Positions 9,876-19,745 are shown, counted from the first letter of the stretch. The stretch is DNA of 64,000 bases from an uncultured Candidatus Rokubacteria bacterium (GCA_963754315.1 CAVWFS010000005.1:190384-254383), one strand, 5' to 3'. The notes: generated by a model not told the origin, from the sequence alone. Made by a program: numbers and translations.

Positions 9876-10094
9876 CTATCCTGGCCGGCCAATCGGGATC
9901 ACGCGGGCAACTTCCAAAGCGAGGTCATAATCCGTGCCCCACACCACAGGGATGCGGAGCGCACGCAAGAAGACCAGACTGGAGACGTCGACGTACGTCA
10001 GTTTCCGGCCCCGCAGACGCTCGAGTCGATCCACGACGGCGGCGTGATGCCTCTGATCGAGGCCGAGGAGTTCGAGATGCGGCAGCTCGGCCAC
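9876..10094 (-). pseudogene. PIN-domain (VapC-like) toxin remnant, C-terminal part only
   Basis: The 72-aa ORF ends LTYVDVSSLVFLRALRIPVVWGTDYDLA, resembling the C-terminal third of PIN toxins. No N-terminal acidic residues and no antitoxin partner. Confidence 0.35.
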
Positions 10095-10156
10095 GGCGAT
10101 CCGCTCGCTGAGCGCGCGCCGAGGCTAGGTGGGGCCCCGTCGGGCGACGATCTCAA

Positions 10157-11200
10157 TTAGAACGTGACTTGCTTGCCCACCGCTGCGGGCACGACGGTGG
10201 CCTCGCCGAAGGCCGCAATGAGCGCGATGACGGCGCGCCAGCCCGTACAGTGCGCGGGCACGATGCGCCGCAGTCCGAAGTCTGCCAGATCCCGTACGGT
10301 CTCGCCGATGATCCTCTCGGGCCCCGCGCCCGAGAGGTGTAGCCCTCCCATGACGGCGTACAGGGGAACGCCGGGCACCTGCGACCGCGCATGGGTCAAG
10401 ACGTTGATGACGCCGGCGTGGGAGCAGCCCGTGAACACCACCAGGCCTTTGCCGCGCACGTGCGCGGCGATGAAGCGCTCGTCGATGATCAGGGGATCGG
10501 CCTCCCAGGTCGTACCGTTCTCGCCCTGACGGACGTGATCGCGCAGTCCCTGCTCGTACGCCGTCACCCGAGGAATCTCGCCGCTGAGGTAGAAGACGTC
10601 GTCCGGCAGCGTCTGCGGCGCCGTCGTGAGAACCACGCGGGCGCCCGCATCTTCCATCTCGGGCGGGGTTGGAATCGGCTTGAACGGAATAATCTCGCCG
10701 TCCGGCATGCGCCGACCGCGGGGGTGAAACATCCCCGGATGGCCGTAGACGGCGACCTCGGACCCCCTGCCCCGGCGGCCGAGCAACGCCAGGGCCATGA
10801 GGGTGCCGCCACAGTGGTCCCAGTGGCCGTGTGATAGCACGAGGCCGCCGACACCGCCGAAATCGGCGCCAAGCAGGGCGCCATTCCGCCGGATGGCGTA
10901 TCCTTCCGGCCCCGTGTCGAGGAGCAGCGAGTGCCGGCGGCCGTCCCCGTGGGCGGTGATCAGTAGCGACAGCCCATGGTGGGCGCAGCAGATCGTCTCG
11001 CCGGCGATCGTCGTGAGCCCGGCGCCCCGCAGGGCTGCGAACTCCGACTGCACCCCTTCGGGGTTGGTCGAGAGTTGGTCGGTGACATTGTCCACGAGGA
11101 CCAGGACGTCCACCCGATCGACCGGCCGCAAACCCGGACGGCCGGCAGTCATGCCGAGGACGACCTTGTCGCGCCGATGGCCACGGTTCACCTCCGGCAC
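10157..11200 (-). CDS. MBL-fold metallo-hydrolase
   Basis: SHGHWDHCGG motif, later GCSHAG and PAHCTG. Start uncertain: GTG 11200 or ATG 11152. Confidence 0.75.
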   Translation of the reverse strand: MPEVNRGHRRDKVVLGMTAGRPGLRPVDRVDVLVLVDNVTDQLSTNPEGVQSEFAALRGAGLTTIAGETICCAHHGLSLLITAHGDGRRHSLLLDTGPEGYAIRRNGALLGADFGGVGGLVLSHGHWDHCGGTLMALALLGRRGRGSEVAVYGHPGMFHPRGRRMPDGEIIPFKPIPTPPEMEDAGARVVLTTAPQTLPDDVFYLSGEIPRVTAYEQGLRDHVRQGENGTTWEADPLIIDERFIAAHVRGKGLVVFTGCSHAGVINVLTHARSQVPGVPLYAVMGGLHLSGAGPERIIGETVRDLADFGLRRIVPAHCTGWRAVIALIAAFGEATVVPAAVGKQVTF

Positions 11201-11358
11201 GACGCCCTGTCGGATCCAACACGCGGTGCCGTGCTACCATCGTACGCGTTCCCTCGACATGCTGGAAGGAGGTCACTGCTCGCCACTGGCAGGACGGTAT
11301 CTGTGTGGGCGCGACCCTCGCTGCTCTCCCTGCTTCCGGCGCTTGAAGTGACCGCGGG

Positions 11359-12408
11359 ATGAAGGTCGTTCTGATCGCCCCGATGGCGGCCGAGTTCATC
11401 GCCGCGATCGCCGCCAGTGACAGGCGGCTCCAGATCGAGGACGCCTGGGAGCTATTCGGGCCGGAGCTGGTGGCCGAGTGGCCGACTCAGACCACCGAGT
11501 CGTATCTGCCGCGCCGCTTCTGGACCATGCCCGACAGCCCCACGCTGCGCCAGCGCCGAGACGCCCTGCTCTCCGAGGCCGAGGTGGTCTGCATCACCTT
11601 CCCTCCCCCGTTGCGGCTGGCCGGGCGGGCACCGCGCCTGCGCTTCGTGCATCAGTTCCCGGCGGGGGTGTCTAACCTGTCTCGAGGAGATCTCTGGAAA
11701 GGCCGCGTGCCCGTCACCAGCGGGCGCGGGGCCGGCAACACCCTGCCCATCGCGGAGTGGGCGATCGCGGTCAGCCTGGCCCTCTGCAAGGAGCTACCGC
11801 GCGCCTTTGCCCAGCGGGCGGCCGGCACACTCGATCGTCGGGCGTTCAACGCGCGTCAGCTCGCTGGCAAGACGCTGGCCGTCGTCGGGCTGGGCGGCAT
11901 CGGGCAGCAGGTCGCTCGGCTGGGCCGGGCGCTGGGGATGCGGGTCATCGGCACCCGCCGCTCTTCGGAGCCGGTCGAGCACATCGACCATCTCTACTCG
12001 CCGTCCGAGCTGAAGGCCGTCCTGGCGCAGAGCGATCTCGTGGTGGTCGCCTCACAGCTCACCGCCGAGACCCGCCACCTGTTCGACGCCGCCGCCTTCG
12101 CCGCCCTGAAGCCGGGCGCGTTCCTGGTCAACGTGGCGAGAGGCGAGCTGATTGACGAGGCGGCGTTGATCGATGCGCTACGCTCGGGTCGGGTCGGTGG
12201 GTTCGCAGCCGACGTCTACGCGGGCGAGTTCGATCATCCGCCACCAGCGGAGCTGCTCGCCTTCGAGAACGTGATCCTGACGCCGCACACCTCGAGTCAA
12301 ACCGAGCACCCGTCGACTGGCGCGCTGGAGATCTTCCGCGAGAACCTGCGGCGCTGCCTGGATGGGGAGCCGCTCCTGAATCAGGTCGACTGGGACCGCG
12401 GCTACTAG
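11359..12408 (+). CDS. D-isomer specific 2-hydroxyacid dehydrogenase, NAD-binding
   Basis: GKTLAVVGLGGIGQQVARLGRALGMRV Rossmann motif, NVARGELID and TPHTSS motifs. Confidence 0.85.
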   Translation: MKVVLIAPMAAEFIAAIAASDRRLQIEDAWELFGPELVAEWPTQTTESYLPRRFWTMPDSPTLRQRRDALLSEAEVVCITFPPPLRLAGRAPRLRFVHQFPAGVSNLSRGDLWKGRVPVTSGRGAGNTLPIAEWAIAVSLALCKELPRAFAQRAAGTLDRRAFNARQLAGKTLAVVGLGGIGQQVARLGRALGMRVIGTRRSSEPVEHIDHLYSPSELKAVLAQSDLVVVASQLTAETRHLFDAAAFAALKPGAFLVNVARGELIDEAALIDALRSGRVGGFAADVYAGEFDHPPPAELLAFENVILTPHTSSQTEHPSTGALEIFRENLRRCLDGEPLLNQVDWDRGY

Positions 12409-12478
12409 GGTGCCCAATCGGTGGCGGTGCCGAAGCTCATCACCTCGCAGAGTGTGAGGTGGGGCCAGCTGCAGTCCC

Positions 12479-13432
12479 TCAGGGAGAGGGCTGGTGGCTG
12501 CGCTCGGCGTGCCGAGTGACAGTCCGCGGGCTCGACCCCGCCGCCGCGAGGCGGCGCTTCGCTTCGGCGTACACCTCGGGCGGCAACGGCCCCTGCCGCA
12601 ACACGTCGACGTTGTGCCGAAGGTGATCGGGGTTGATCGTCCCCACGATATTCGTGTGCAGAGCCGGATGGGTGAAGGTAAAGCGCAGGACAAATTCCAT
12701 GGGCGACATCCCGGCCAGGAGGTCGCGGATGTCCGTCTGCTGCCATCGATCCCACTGCACACCCTCGTGCTTGCCCTCGGTGGGCGCGCCTTTGGCCGCG
12801 CCACCCCGGATGACGATGCCGGCCCCGGCCTCGGCGGCGGCGGCGATGATTGCCTCGTGCTCTCGCTCTACGGCCGAGTACGGAATCTGAAAGACGTCGA
12901 ACACGCCCATGGCGATGTGATCCGCGAGATGTGGCAACGTCCCCGACATGCCGACGAACCGGACCGTGCCCGCGCGCTTGAGCTCCAGGACGGTCGCGAG
13001 AGCACCGTGCTCCTCCAAGGTGTGCCGGGACGGCGAGATGTGGAACTGGAGGACGTCGAGGTAGTCGGTCCGCATGCGCGCGAGGCTCTGTTCCACCCCC
13101 GCCAGGATATTGTCGCGGGTGAAGACGTGGGGGCTCGTCTGGCCGCGCGGCGCGGGCGGGGCCCCCACCAGGCAGCCGCACTTGCTGGCGAGATAGTACT
13201 CCGAGCGACGATTCCCGATGAAGCGCCCGATGCGTTCCTCACTCAGACCATAGTCGATCGAGGTATCGATGTAGTTGATGCCCGCGTCGAGGGCCGCATG
13301 GAGAATGGTCTCTGCCTGAGCGTCCGTGACATCACGGCCACGCGGAGCCCCTCGCAGTTCCATGGCTCCGTAGCCCAGCATCGTAACCTGCAGTCCGGTC
13401 CGTCCTAGTTGCCGCTTCGGTAGCTCACCCAT
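12479..13432 (-). CDS. Aldo/keto reductase
   Basis: LGRTGLQVTMLGYGAMELRG start, YIDTSIDYG, and AKR-typical length. ATG 13432. Confidence 0.85.
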   Translation of the reverse strand: MGELPKRQLGRTGLQVTMLGYGAMELRGAPRGRDVTDAQAETILHAALDAGINYIDTSIDYGLSEERIGRFIGNRRSEYYLASKCGCLVGAPPAPRGQTSPHVFTRDNILAGVEQSLARMRTDYLDVLQFHISPSRHTLEEHGALATVLELKRAGTVRFVGMSGTLPHLADHIAMGVFDVFQIPYSAVEREHEAIIAAAAEAGAGIVIRGGAAKGAPTEGKHEGVQWDRWQQTDIRDLLAGMSPMEFVLRFTFTHPALHTNIVGTINPDHLRHNVDVLRQGPLPPEVYAEAKRRLAAAGSSPRTVTRHAERSHQPSP

Positions 13433-13551
13433 CTCGCTCTTCCCGCCGCCGAGGATCGGACCCTCGGCGGCCGCCACGGGGGGATCACTCCTGCCCCGAC
13501 CCGTCCATCGAGGCTAGCGCATGTTCAGGGCGAGCGCGATCCGTTCTGTCG

Positions 13552-13884
13552 TCAGCCTTCTTCGGAGCCAGGAGGCGGGCTCGATCCGCTACCAGCGCCC
13601 TCCGGACCGCCCCCCCCACCCCCACGTCCCACGGCTCCCGTGGGGTTGGCGCGCTGGACGGTGAGGATTCGACCATCCACATCCTGACCGTTGAACTTCG
13701 ACATCGCGGCCTCCGCCTCGGGGGCGGTGGCCATCTCGACAAAGCCAAAGCCCCGCGAGCGTCCGGTGTCGCGGTCCATCACGACCGTGGCGGACTCGAC
13801 GGTGCCCGCCTGGGTGAAAAGCTCCCGAAGACGTTCGTTCGACGTAGAAAAGGACAGACCACCGACGAAGAGCTTGTGCGCCAT
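13552..13884 (-). CDS. RRM-type RNA-binding protein with Gly-rich tail
   Basis: RNP2 (KLFVGGLSF) and RNP1 (RGFGFVEM) motifs. ATG 13884 is preceded by GGAGGTGGGAG. Confidence 0.85.
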   Translation of the reverse strand: MAHKLFVGGLSFSTSNERLRELFTQAGTVESATVVMDRDTGRSRGFGFVEMATAPEAEAAMSKFNGQDVDGRILTVQRANPTGAVGRGGGGGGPEGAGSGSSPPPGSEEG

Positions 13885-14031
13885 CTCCCACCTCCACGGC
13901 AGGTCTCCCGCTGTTCGGGAACACACCCTGGAACGCGGAAGAAGGCGCCAGAGCCATGGTCTGGGGAAGGAGGAGGTCCACGATGGGCCGCGACCGGTCC
14001 CAGGCGCCGGCATCATCGCATCGGCCGGCCT

Positions 14032-14135
14032 GCGCGTCAATATTTGATAGACAATATATAAAATATAGATCCACGAGCTTCGATGGCACTTGATATATAT
14101 CAAGTATTGACATATATAAGTAGGACTCTTCACAC
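14032..14135. promoter_or_regulatory. AT-rich divergent promoter/operator region with palindrome
   Basis: A ~100-nt AT-rich block in a GC-rich genome. Contains the perfect palindrome CTTGATATATATCAAG (14089..14104), repeated TTGATA/TTGACA hexamers and TATATA tracts. Sits between the divergent rbp and small-ORF operon. Confidence 0.4.
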
Positions 14136-14187
14136 GTCGGCAGGGGCGGCGCGTCCGGCCCACGGACGGTCCGAGGCGGGAGGTGCG

Positions 14188-14505
14188 ATGCTCACGAACA
14201 AGACGCGAGTGCTTCTCATTCTTCCCCAGGACGTCCTGGATGGGGCCAGGGTCCTGGCCGGAAAGGCGACAACGACCTTCAAACTCCCCGTGAGCCTCCA
14301 GATCGTTCTGCGCGCCCTGGTCGAGGAAGGATTGCGGCGTGACAACGATCGCCGGCTTCACACCAACATCGGGGAGCAAGCGAAGGCGGTCAGACAGCTT
14401 CGCTCGGGCGGGCGCCATGCCCGGCGAGTCGGGGAGGCCCGTGAGAATCCATCGTCGAGCAAGCGTCGAGGGAGCGGTCGTGCACGACAGAAGCGCGGGA
14501 AGTAA
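14188..14505 (+). CDS. Hypothetical small protein, ribbon-helix-helix-like N-terminus
   Basis: ATG 14188 is preceded by GGGAGG. The beta-strand/helix pattern TRVLLILPQDVLDGARVLA resembles RHH regulators. Basic C-terminal tail. No firm family assignment. Confidence 0.4.
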   Translation: MLTNKTRVLLILPQDVLDGARVLAGKATTTFKLPVSLQIVLRALVEEGLRRDNDRRLHTNIGEQAKAVRQLRSGGRHARRVGEARENPSSSKRRGSGRARQKRGK

Positions 14506-14584
14506 AGGCGCGGCCGGGACTGGAACCCCACGGGAGGCCCGTGCCCCGGGCGTTCACTCGGTGCTCCACCGAGGCCCGACCGTG

Positions 14585-14860
14585 ATGAAGGATCGCAGCG
14601 ACTGGAAGATGTTCGCTCCGCTGCGGCGCGGCGAACCCCTTTCTCCGCACGGCAAGGTGATGGCCGTTCTGAAGACCCACGTGGTCGGAGCCAGCGCCGC
14701 CGTGCTTGCCGACGAATTGCTCCAGACCGGATCGGTGCTCGGCACGAAAGCGGCGGTGGCCAAGCGGGTTGGCGAGTTGCTCGTCGAGCTCGTCCAGGCC
14801 GCCCATGTCGAGCAAATTCCCGACGGCCGGTACCGCGTGGTCAAGGGGCTGACCCGATGA
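14585..14860 (+). CDS. Hypothetical small protein (possible winged-helix)
   Basis: Internal ATG of ORF 14339..14860. The ending ...IPDGRYRVV resembles a wHTH wing. Coupled (ATGA) to the next ORF. Confidence 0.4.
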   Translation: MKDRSDWKMFAPLRRGEPLSPHGKVMAVLKTHVVGASAAVLADELLQTGSVLGTKAAVAKRVGELLVELVQAAHVEQIPDGRYRVVKGLTR

Positions 14861-15114
14861 AGCTCAGCGACCGGCAGCGCGATGTGCTCTCGCGAATGGC
14901 GCAGGGGGGCGTGCTCTTCGTCAGGTTCGAATCGAGCGAGGAGGGTCCCCAACCGAAGTGCTGGATCGGCACCATGGAACTCCTCGGCATGACCGTCAAC
15001 GCCCTCATTGTCGCTCGCCTCATCGAGCGGGACCGGACGTACAAAACAGGCGGGGGGCTCACGACGTCGTACGTCATGAGCTTAGCCGGGCGGGCCGCCC
15101 TGGAAGCCTCCTGA
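14857..15114 (+). CDS. Hypothetical small protein (possible HTH)
   Basis: 85-aa ORF beginning MKLSDRQRDVLSRMAQGG. ATGA overlap with the previous ORF. Confidence 0.45.
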   Translation: MKLSDRQRDVLSRMAQGGVLFVRFESSEEGPQPKCWIGTMELLGMTVNALIVARLIERDRTYKTGGGLTTSYVMSLAGRAALEAS

Positions 15115-15158
15115 GGTCGGACTGCGCCACCGGCTTTCACCGGGTGCCGTCTGACTTG

Positions 15159-15808
15159 CTACGTGCTATCGCGCCACTCCCAACCGGCCGCCTCCAGGTC
15201 CAGCCAGGCTGCGAAGCGTCCTTGGCTGGTAACCAGCGCCGCCGGTGTACCTTCTTCCACGATGCGTCCCTTCTCGAGGACAACCACGCGATCAGCGTCG
15301 AGGGCGGTGGTCAGCCGGTGCGCTACCGTCACCACGGCGCAGCCTCGCGGGAGCACCCGGTCTCGGAGGGCCGCACGGAACGCCGCGTCGCTCGCGTTGT
15401 CGACCGCCGCGGTTGCCTCATCCAGGAGCAATACGGCGGGGCGATGCACCAGCGCGCGGGCGAGCGCCAGGAGTTGTTCCTGCCCGGCCGAGAGGCGTGC
15501 GCCCGCACCCCCTCCGCTGCCGCTGAGCATGGTCCGGTATCCGTCCGGGAGCATTCGAATGAACGCATCGGCACCCGCGATGGTGGCCGCGTCGATCACG
15601 TCGTCTTCGGCGACTGAAGGATCGCCCAGGAGAGATACTCATGGCGCCAAATGCCGGGTGCGTGCCCACGATCGATGGCCCGTCCCAGTAGAATCGCCGG
15701 CAGGACGACCGTCGTGTTCATCAGGATGCCGGCCACCGACCCGAGCGAGAGCTGGCCCGCCACCTGTCGGAAGTACGGCCGCATCTCCCAGAGGAACACC
15801 GATCTCAT
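15159..15808 (-). pseudogene. ABC exporter (MsbA-like permease/ATPase) remnant with large internal deletion
   Basis: ORF 15596..15808 encodes only the first ~45 aa of a TMD (MRPYFRQVAGQLSLGS...AIDR). ORF 15159..15599 encodes only the distal NBD (LSAGQEQ signature, LLLDEATAAVD Walker B, H-loop). About 400 aa in between are missing. Confidence 0.7.
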
Positions 15809-15841
15809 CTCTTCCGTGTCGTCATGGGCGCCGCTTCGCGC

Positions 15842-16255
15842 CTACCTCGAGCGGCTGTTCAGGAGCACCGGGAGCCTGGCCACGATGGCGTCGCGCGCCG
15901 CACGGTAGTTCTCGCTCACCGCCGGCACGTCGTCCCAACGCTCGATGGGGACACCCGGGGCCAGCGTGCCAAGCTCGCAGCCAAAGGAAACGACCCGCGA
16001 GGCATTCCGGATGTCGTCGCCGGTGACGCGCCGTGGACGCTGGTCCCGGACGTCAATGCCCTCGGCCTCGAGCCCGGCCACGGCTGCCGGCGTGAGGTCG
16101 GGGTCGGGTTCCGTGCCAGCGAACGTCGCCCGCACGCTCATCCCGCGTTGCTTCGCGAGGCGCTCCAGATGGCACGCCGCGATCAGGCTCTTGGCGGCGC
16201 CATGCAGACACACGAACAGGATCGTCTGTTCACTCATCACGATCTCCATGGTCAT
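15842..16255 (-). CDS. LMW phosphotyrosine-phosphatase/ArsC-fold protein with atypical CX5K loop
   Basis: ILFVCLHGAAKS occupies the position of the CX5R(S/T) P-loop. Size and layout resemble LMW-PTP/ArsC. ATGA coupling to the upstream gene. Confidence 0.65.
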   Translation of the reverse strand: MTMEIVMSEQTILFVCLHGAAKSLIAACHLERLAKQRGMSVRATFAGTEPDPDLTPAAVAGLEAEGIDVRDQRPRRVTGDDIRNASRVVSFGCELGTLAPGVPIERWDDVPAVSENYRAARDAIVARLPVLLNSRSR

Positions 16256-17175
16256 GGGCGATCCTGGTAGACCGCCGCCCGATGCGTGCCGGGCAAGAAG
16301 ACATAGAGCGTTTCGCTCGCAGGCGCGAACGCGGTGGTGTGGGCCCCGGGCTCGGTGGTGACCACCTGCCGCCGGCCAAGTGGTGCCGTCTCCAGCACCT
16401 CGATCACACCAGGGTCGCCGATGGCGACGTACAAGCGCTGCCGTCGGGCGTTGAAGAACACCACATCCGGTACGCCCACGATCCCGACCTCATCCATCAC
16501 GACTCCCGTGCGACAGTCGACGGTGATCACGTGCTGGCCGTCGCAGGCGCAAAACAGACGACCGCCGGGCGAGTCGAGATCGAGGCCGTGGGGACCCGCC
16601 GCCGGGACCAAGATGGTCCTGGCCACCTTGACGGGCGTCTGGGCCTCGATGACGGCGATGTGGGGCGGGTCAGCGATGTTGACGTAGAACGAATCGGTCG
16701 CAGGGTCGTACATGGCCCAGCGTGTGCGGCCGGCGACGGGCACGTCGGCGACCATGGTGCGCCGCCCAACATCGACCATCGAGACGGTGAACGATCCGGC
16801 TCGCGCAGGATCGCCGACGTTGGCCGCCAGCAGCAATCGTCGTGCAGGATCGTAGGCGAGGCCGTTTGGTCGGATCCCGACCTCGACCTTCGCAATGATC
16901 TCATCGCGGTCCGGGGAAACGATGCCGATCGCGTCCTCGCCTCGATTGGACGTGAACACCAGGTCGTGCTCTTCCGACACGAGGGCGCCGGCGATGCCCG
17001 TCAAACCCGGGATGGAGCCCAGGTACCGCTGCGTTCCACAGTCGATCACATCGAGAGTGTCGTTGGCGGTATGCGCGACATAGAGGCGCCCACGGCCGCC
17101 ATGGACGGCAGCATGGTCGAAGCCGCCGGCCTTGGCATGCGCGGGGAGATCGACATAGCCGAGCAAGTCGAGCAT
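16252..17175 (-). CDS. YVTN/YncE-like beta-propeller repeat protein
   Basis: Repeating ~40-aa units with the pattern G..P.G.A.D......L.V.N. Confidence 0.7.
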   Translation of the reverse strand: MLDLLGYVDLPAHAKAGGFDHAAVHGGRGRLYVAHTANDTLDVIDCGTQRYLGSIPGLTGIAGALVSEEHDLVFTSNRGEDAIGIVSPDRDEIIAKVEVGIRPNGLAYDPARRLLLAANVGDPARAGSFTVSMVDVGRRTMVADVPVAGRTRWAMYDPATDSFYVNIADPPHIAVIEAQTPVKVARTILVPAAGPHGLDLDSPGGRLFCACDGQHVITVDCRTGVVMDEVGIVGVPDVVFFNARRQRLYVAIGDPGVIEVLETAPLGRRQVVTTEPGAHTTAFAPASETLYVFLPGTHRAAVYQDRP

Positions 17176-17193
17176 GGCGAACCGACCTCCCGT

Positions 17194-17619
17194 CTACCGC
17201 ACGACCGAGCGGCAGTAGGCGTACAGCGCGTCGTACATGGGAAACTGCCGGGCCATGTTGTCGAAGTCGTCCCGGGTGATCGCCTGAAACCCTGTCGCCG
17301 CCGCGTACAGCCCGGACGATTCCGGCGTCAACGTGCGGGCGTCGGTGTCGGCTCCTCTCACGATAGGGGCCAGGGCCTGGAGCGCCGGATCGTCCAGCTT
17401 GTATTCATCCAGGAACGCGTCGAACGAGCAGCGCTCGCCGTGATGTCCGAGCCGGACGCCAGGGACGTCATACGGGGTGGCCCCTTCCCGCTCGGCCACC
17501 GCCATCACTTGCGGAGCCGGGACGAACAGGAACGTCGGATCCGTGTCGATGAAGCGTGTGATCAGCCAGGGGCAGGCGATGCGATCGACACGGGCTCGCT
17601 CACGAGTGACCCACTTCAT
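17194..17619 (-). CDS. Chromate resistance ChrB C-terminal-domain protein (stand-alone)
   Basis: MKWVTRERARVDRIACPWLITRFID parallels WATRRAPWVDRLACAWLIKRHID in the C-terminal half of the full ChrB two genes upstream. ATG 17619 is preceded by AGGAGGA. Confidence 0.8.
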   Translation of the reverse strand: MKWVTRERARVDRIACPWLITRFIDTDPTFLFVPAPQVMAVAEREGATPYDVPGVRLGHHGERCSFDAFLDEYKLDDPALQALAPIVRGADTDARTLTPESSGLYAAATGFQAITRDDFDNMARQFPMYDALYAYCRSVVR

Positions 17620-17630
17620 ACGTTTTCCTC

Positions 17631-18776
17631 CTATCCTCTGATCGAGAAGATCAACAGGCCCACGGCGGCGCCGGCGGCGATGAGCACCGGCTCCGGCACT
17701 TTGAACCGCCACACGATCCCGAGGGCGACCACGGCGATGAGCACGGTGGGGAGGTCGGTGATCGCCCGTCGCGCCAGCACGTAGCACGCCCCCGCGATGG
17801 CTCCCGAGGCGGCGGCGGTGACGCCGCCCACGAAGGCCTTCACCTTCGGGTTCTCGCTGAATCGGTCAAACCACGGAAACGGAATCACGACAAACAGATA
17901 CACGGGCAGGAACACGCCGATCGCCGCCGCCACCGCCCCCGGGAAGCTCGCCACCAGGTAGCCGACGAAGGCCACGGTGATGACAATCGGCCCCGGGGTC
18001 AGCATGGCCACCGCCACCGCGTCCAGAAACTGCTTGTCGTTCAGCCAGCCGTACTGCTGCACCACCCCGCCGTAGAGAAAGGGCACGATGGCCAGCCCGC
18101 TCCCGAACACGAAGGCCCCCGCCTTCGTGAAAAACCACAGGATCTGGCCGAGGATCTCGGGGGTGACAACCACCGCCAGGCATGCCGCGCGGGGCCGACG
18201 CAGGAACGCCGGCGGCGCCTGCGCGACCAGGGCCACCACCCCGCACAGGATGAACAGCCAGCCGATCTCCGATTCGGTCCACGCCGTCGTCACCGCCATG
18301 ACGGCGAAGATCGTCCACTGCAGGCGGTCCTTCGCCATCGTCAGCTTGGCGAGCTTGTAGGCGGCGATGGTGATGATGCCAATGACCGTCGCCCCGACGC
18401 CGTAGAACGCCGCCTGCATCCAGGCCAGCCCGCCGAAGCGCACGTAGAGCCAGCTGATGGCGAGGGTCATCACGAACGATGGCAAGATAAAGGCCAGCGC
18501 GACCAAGGTCGCGCCCCGCACCTTCGAGTGCACGTATCCGAGGCAGATCGCGAGCTGGGCCGCCAGCGGGCCAGGGGCGAGCTGGGACAGGGCGAGGGAC
18601 TTCGTGTACTCGTCCTTGGTGAACCACCCGCGGCGCTCCACCAGATCGCGCTGCATGTAGCCCACCAGAGCGACCGGGCCGCCGAACCCAAGGCTGCCCA
18701 GGTACAGGAAATAGCGCAGCAGATCGGCGGTGCTCGGACGCCCCGGTGTCTTCATCGATGCCTCCCGCAGCATCAT
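17631..18776 (-). CDS. chrA: Chromate transporter ChrA
   Basis: Duplicated CHR domains (LGSLGFGGP..., FTKAGAFVFGSGLAIVP). Multi-TM protein. ATG 18776 overlaps the chrB stop (ATGA); alternative ATG at 18755. Confidence 0.9.
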   Translation of the reverse strand: MMLREASMKTPGRPSTADLLRYFLYLGSLGFGGPVALVGYMQRDLVERRGWFTKDEYTKSLALSQLAPGPLAAQLAICLGYVHSKVRGATLVALAFILPSFVMTLAISWLYVRFGGLAWMQAAFYGVGATVIGIITIAAYKLAKLTMAKDRLQWTIFAVMAVTTAWTESEIGWLFILCGVVALVAQAPPAFLRRPRAACLAVVVTPEILGQILWFFTKAGAFVFGSGLAIVPFLYGGVVQQYGWLNDKQFLDAVAVAMLTPGPIVITVAFVGYLVASFPGAVAAAIGVFLPVYLFVVIPFPWFDRFSENPKVKAFVGGVTAAASGAIAGACYVLARRAITDLPTVLIAVVALGIVWRFKVPEPVLIAAGAAVGLLIFSIRG

Positions 18777-19735
18777 CGGGACTCGCCCTCGGCGTACGCC
18801 GTATAGACCAGATCGAAGAGGGTGATGGCTTGCTTGAGGAGGTGGTCGTCGTCCCGGCTCCGCTGCCGAGCGCCAGCCAGCAGCGTCCCCAGGCCCGGGG
18901 CGTCGCTCACCGGGAGTCCACCCACGTCGAGATAGTGCACCGCCTCGGCCAGTTTCAGGAGGGCCGCGTCCCCCTCCAGCCCGAAACTCCTCAGCATCAC
19001 CTCGAAGGTCACGCGCGTGTCGACGTGCGTGAACGGGGCCCCGTCGAAGTCGAACCCCACTGCCCGCTTCGGCAGGTCCGCCGGCTTCTCGAGCCAGACG
19101 AACGACGCCCCAGGGTCGATGTGCCGCTTGATGAGCCAGGCGCAAGCGAGGCGGTCCACCCACGGGGCCCTGCGCGTCGCCCACACGCGGTTGCGGTACC
19201 GGGCCCGGTCCAGCCGTGGAATCGGGCCCTGCGCGGCGCGGGGCTCGCCGGGTTCCAGGATCTCCTCCGCAGCCGCCTCGGCCTCGTTGAGCGCCGATTC
19301 CACCTGAACCTTGGCTTCGCCGGGGAAAAAGTCGATGGCGGCGAGCGCCTCGAACTGTCGCCGGAGCGTCCTCATCTGCCGGCGAAGAGCGGCCGGGTCC
19401 TGCGTGGATGCAACCTTGCGGGCGTTCGCGATCTCACCGGCAAGGTCGGCGTATTCCTTGGTCCGATCGAACAAGCCGCGCAGCGCGTCTGCCTGCTCCG
19501 CGTCGCGCGCCACGATCCGGAGCACGTGGGCGCTGCCGCCGGCTGCGTCGATCTCGGCGGCCAGTCGCGCCAGAACCTCTTCCAGGTCGGGTCGGTCCGG
19601 AATCACGTAGACGCCATCGCGGAGCACCACGGCCCCCGTCGTTTTCAGGGCCCGCCACACGCGCATCCGCTCCGTGGCGTTCTCCGTGGGAAGGCTGATG
19701 ACCAGCTCCAGCCAGTTGGCGGCAGTCTCTGTCAT
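18773..19735 (-). CDS. chrB: Chromate resistance regulator/sensor ChrB
   Basis: N-terminal ChrB domain (WLELVISLPTENATERMRVWRALK) plus a ChrB_C domain. Immediately upstream of chrA. Confidence 0.85.
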   Translation of the reverse strand: MTETAANWLELVISLPTENATERMRVWRALKTTGAVVLRDGVYVIPDRPDLEEVLARLAAEIDAAGGSAHVLRIVARDAEQADALRGLFDRTKEYADLAGEIANARKVASTQDPAALRRQMRTLRRQFEALAAIDFFPGEAKVQVESALNEAEAAAEEILEPGEPRAAQGPIPRLDRARYRNRVWATRRAPWVDRLACAWLIKRHIDPGASFVWLEKPADLPKRAVGFDFDGAPFTHVDTRVTFEVMLRSFGLEGDAALLKLAEAVHYLDVGGLPVSDAPGLGTLLAGARQRSRDDDHLLKQAITLFDLVYTAYAEGESR

Positions 19736-19745
19736 GTAGTGATTT

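Noticed and set aside
14924-14933. tRNA-like T-loop sequence GGTTCGAATC
   Set aside because: The flanks do not form T-stem, acceptor or anticodon arms, and the sequence lies inside a coding ORF (..VRFESSEE..). I could build no tRNA cloverleaf anywhere in the window.
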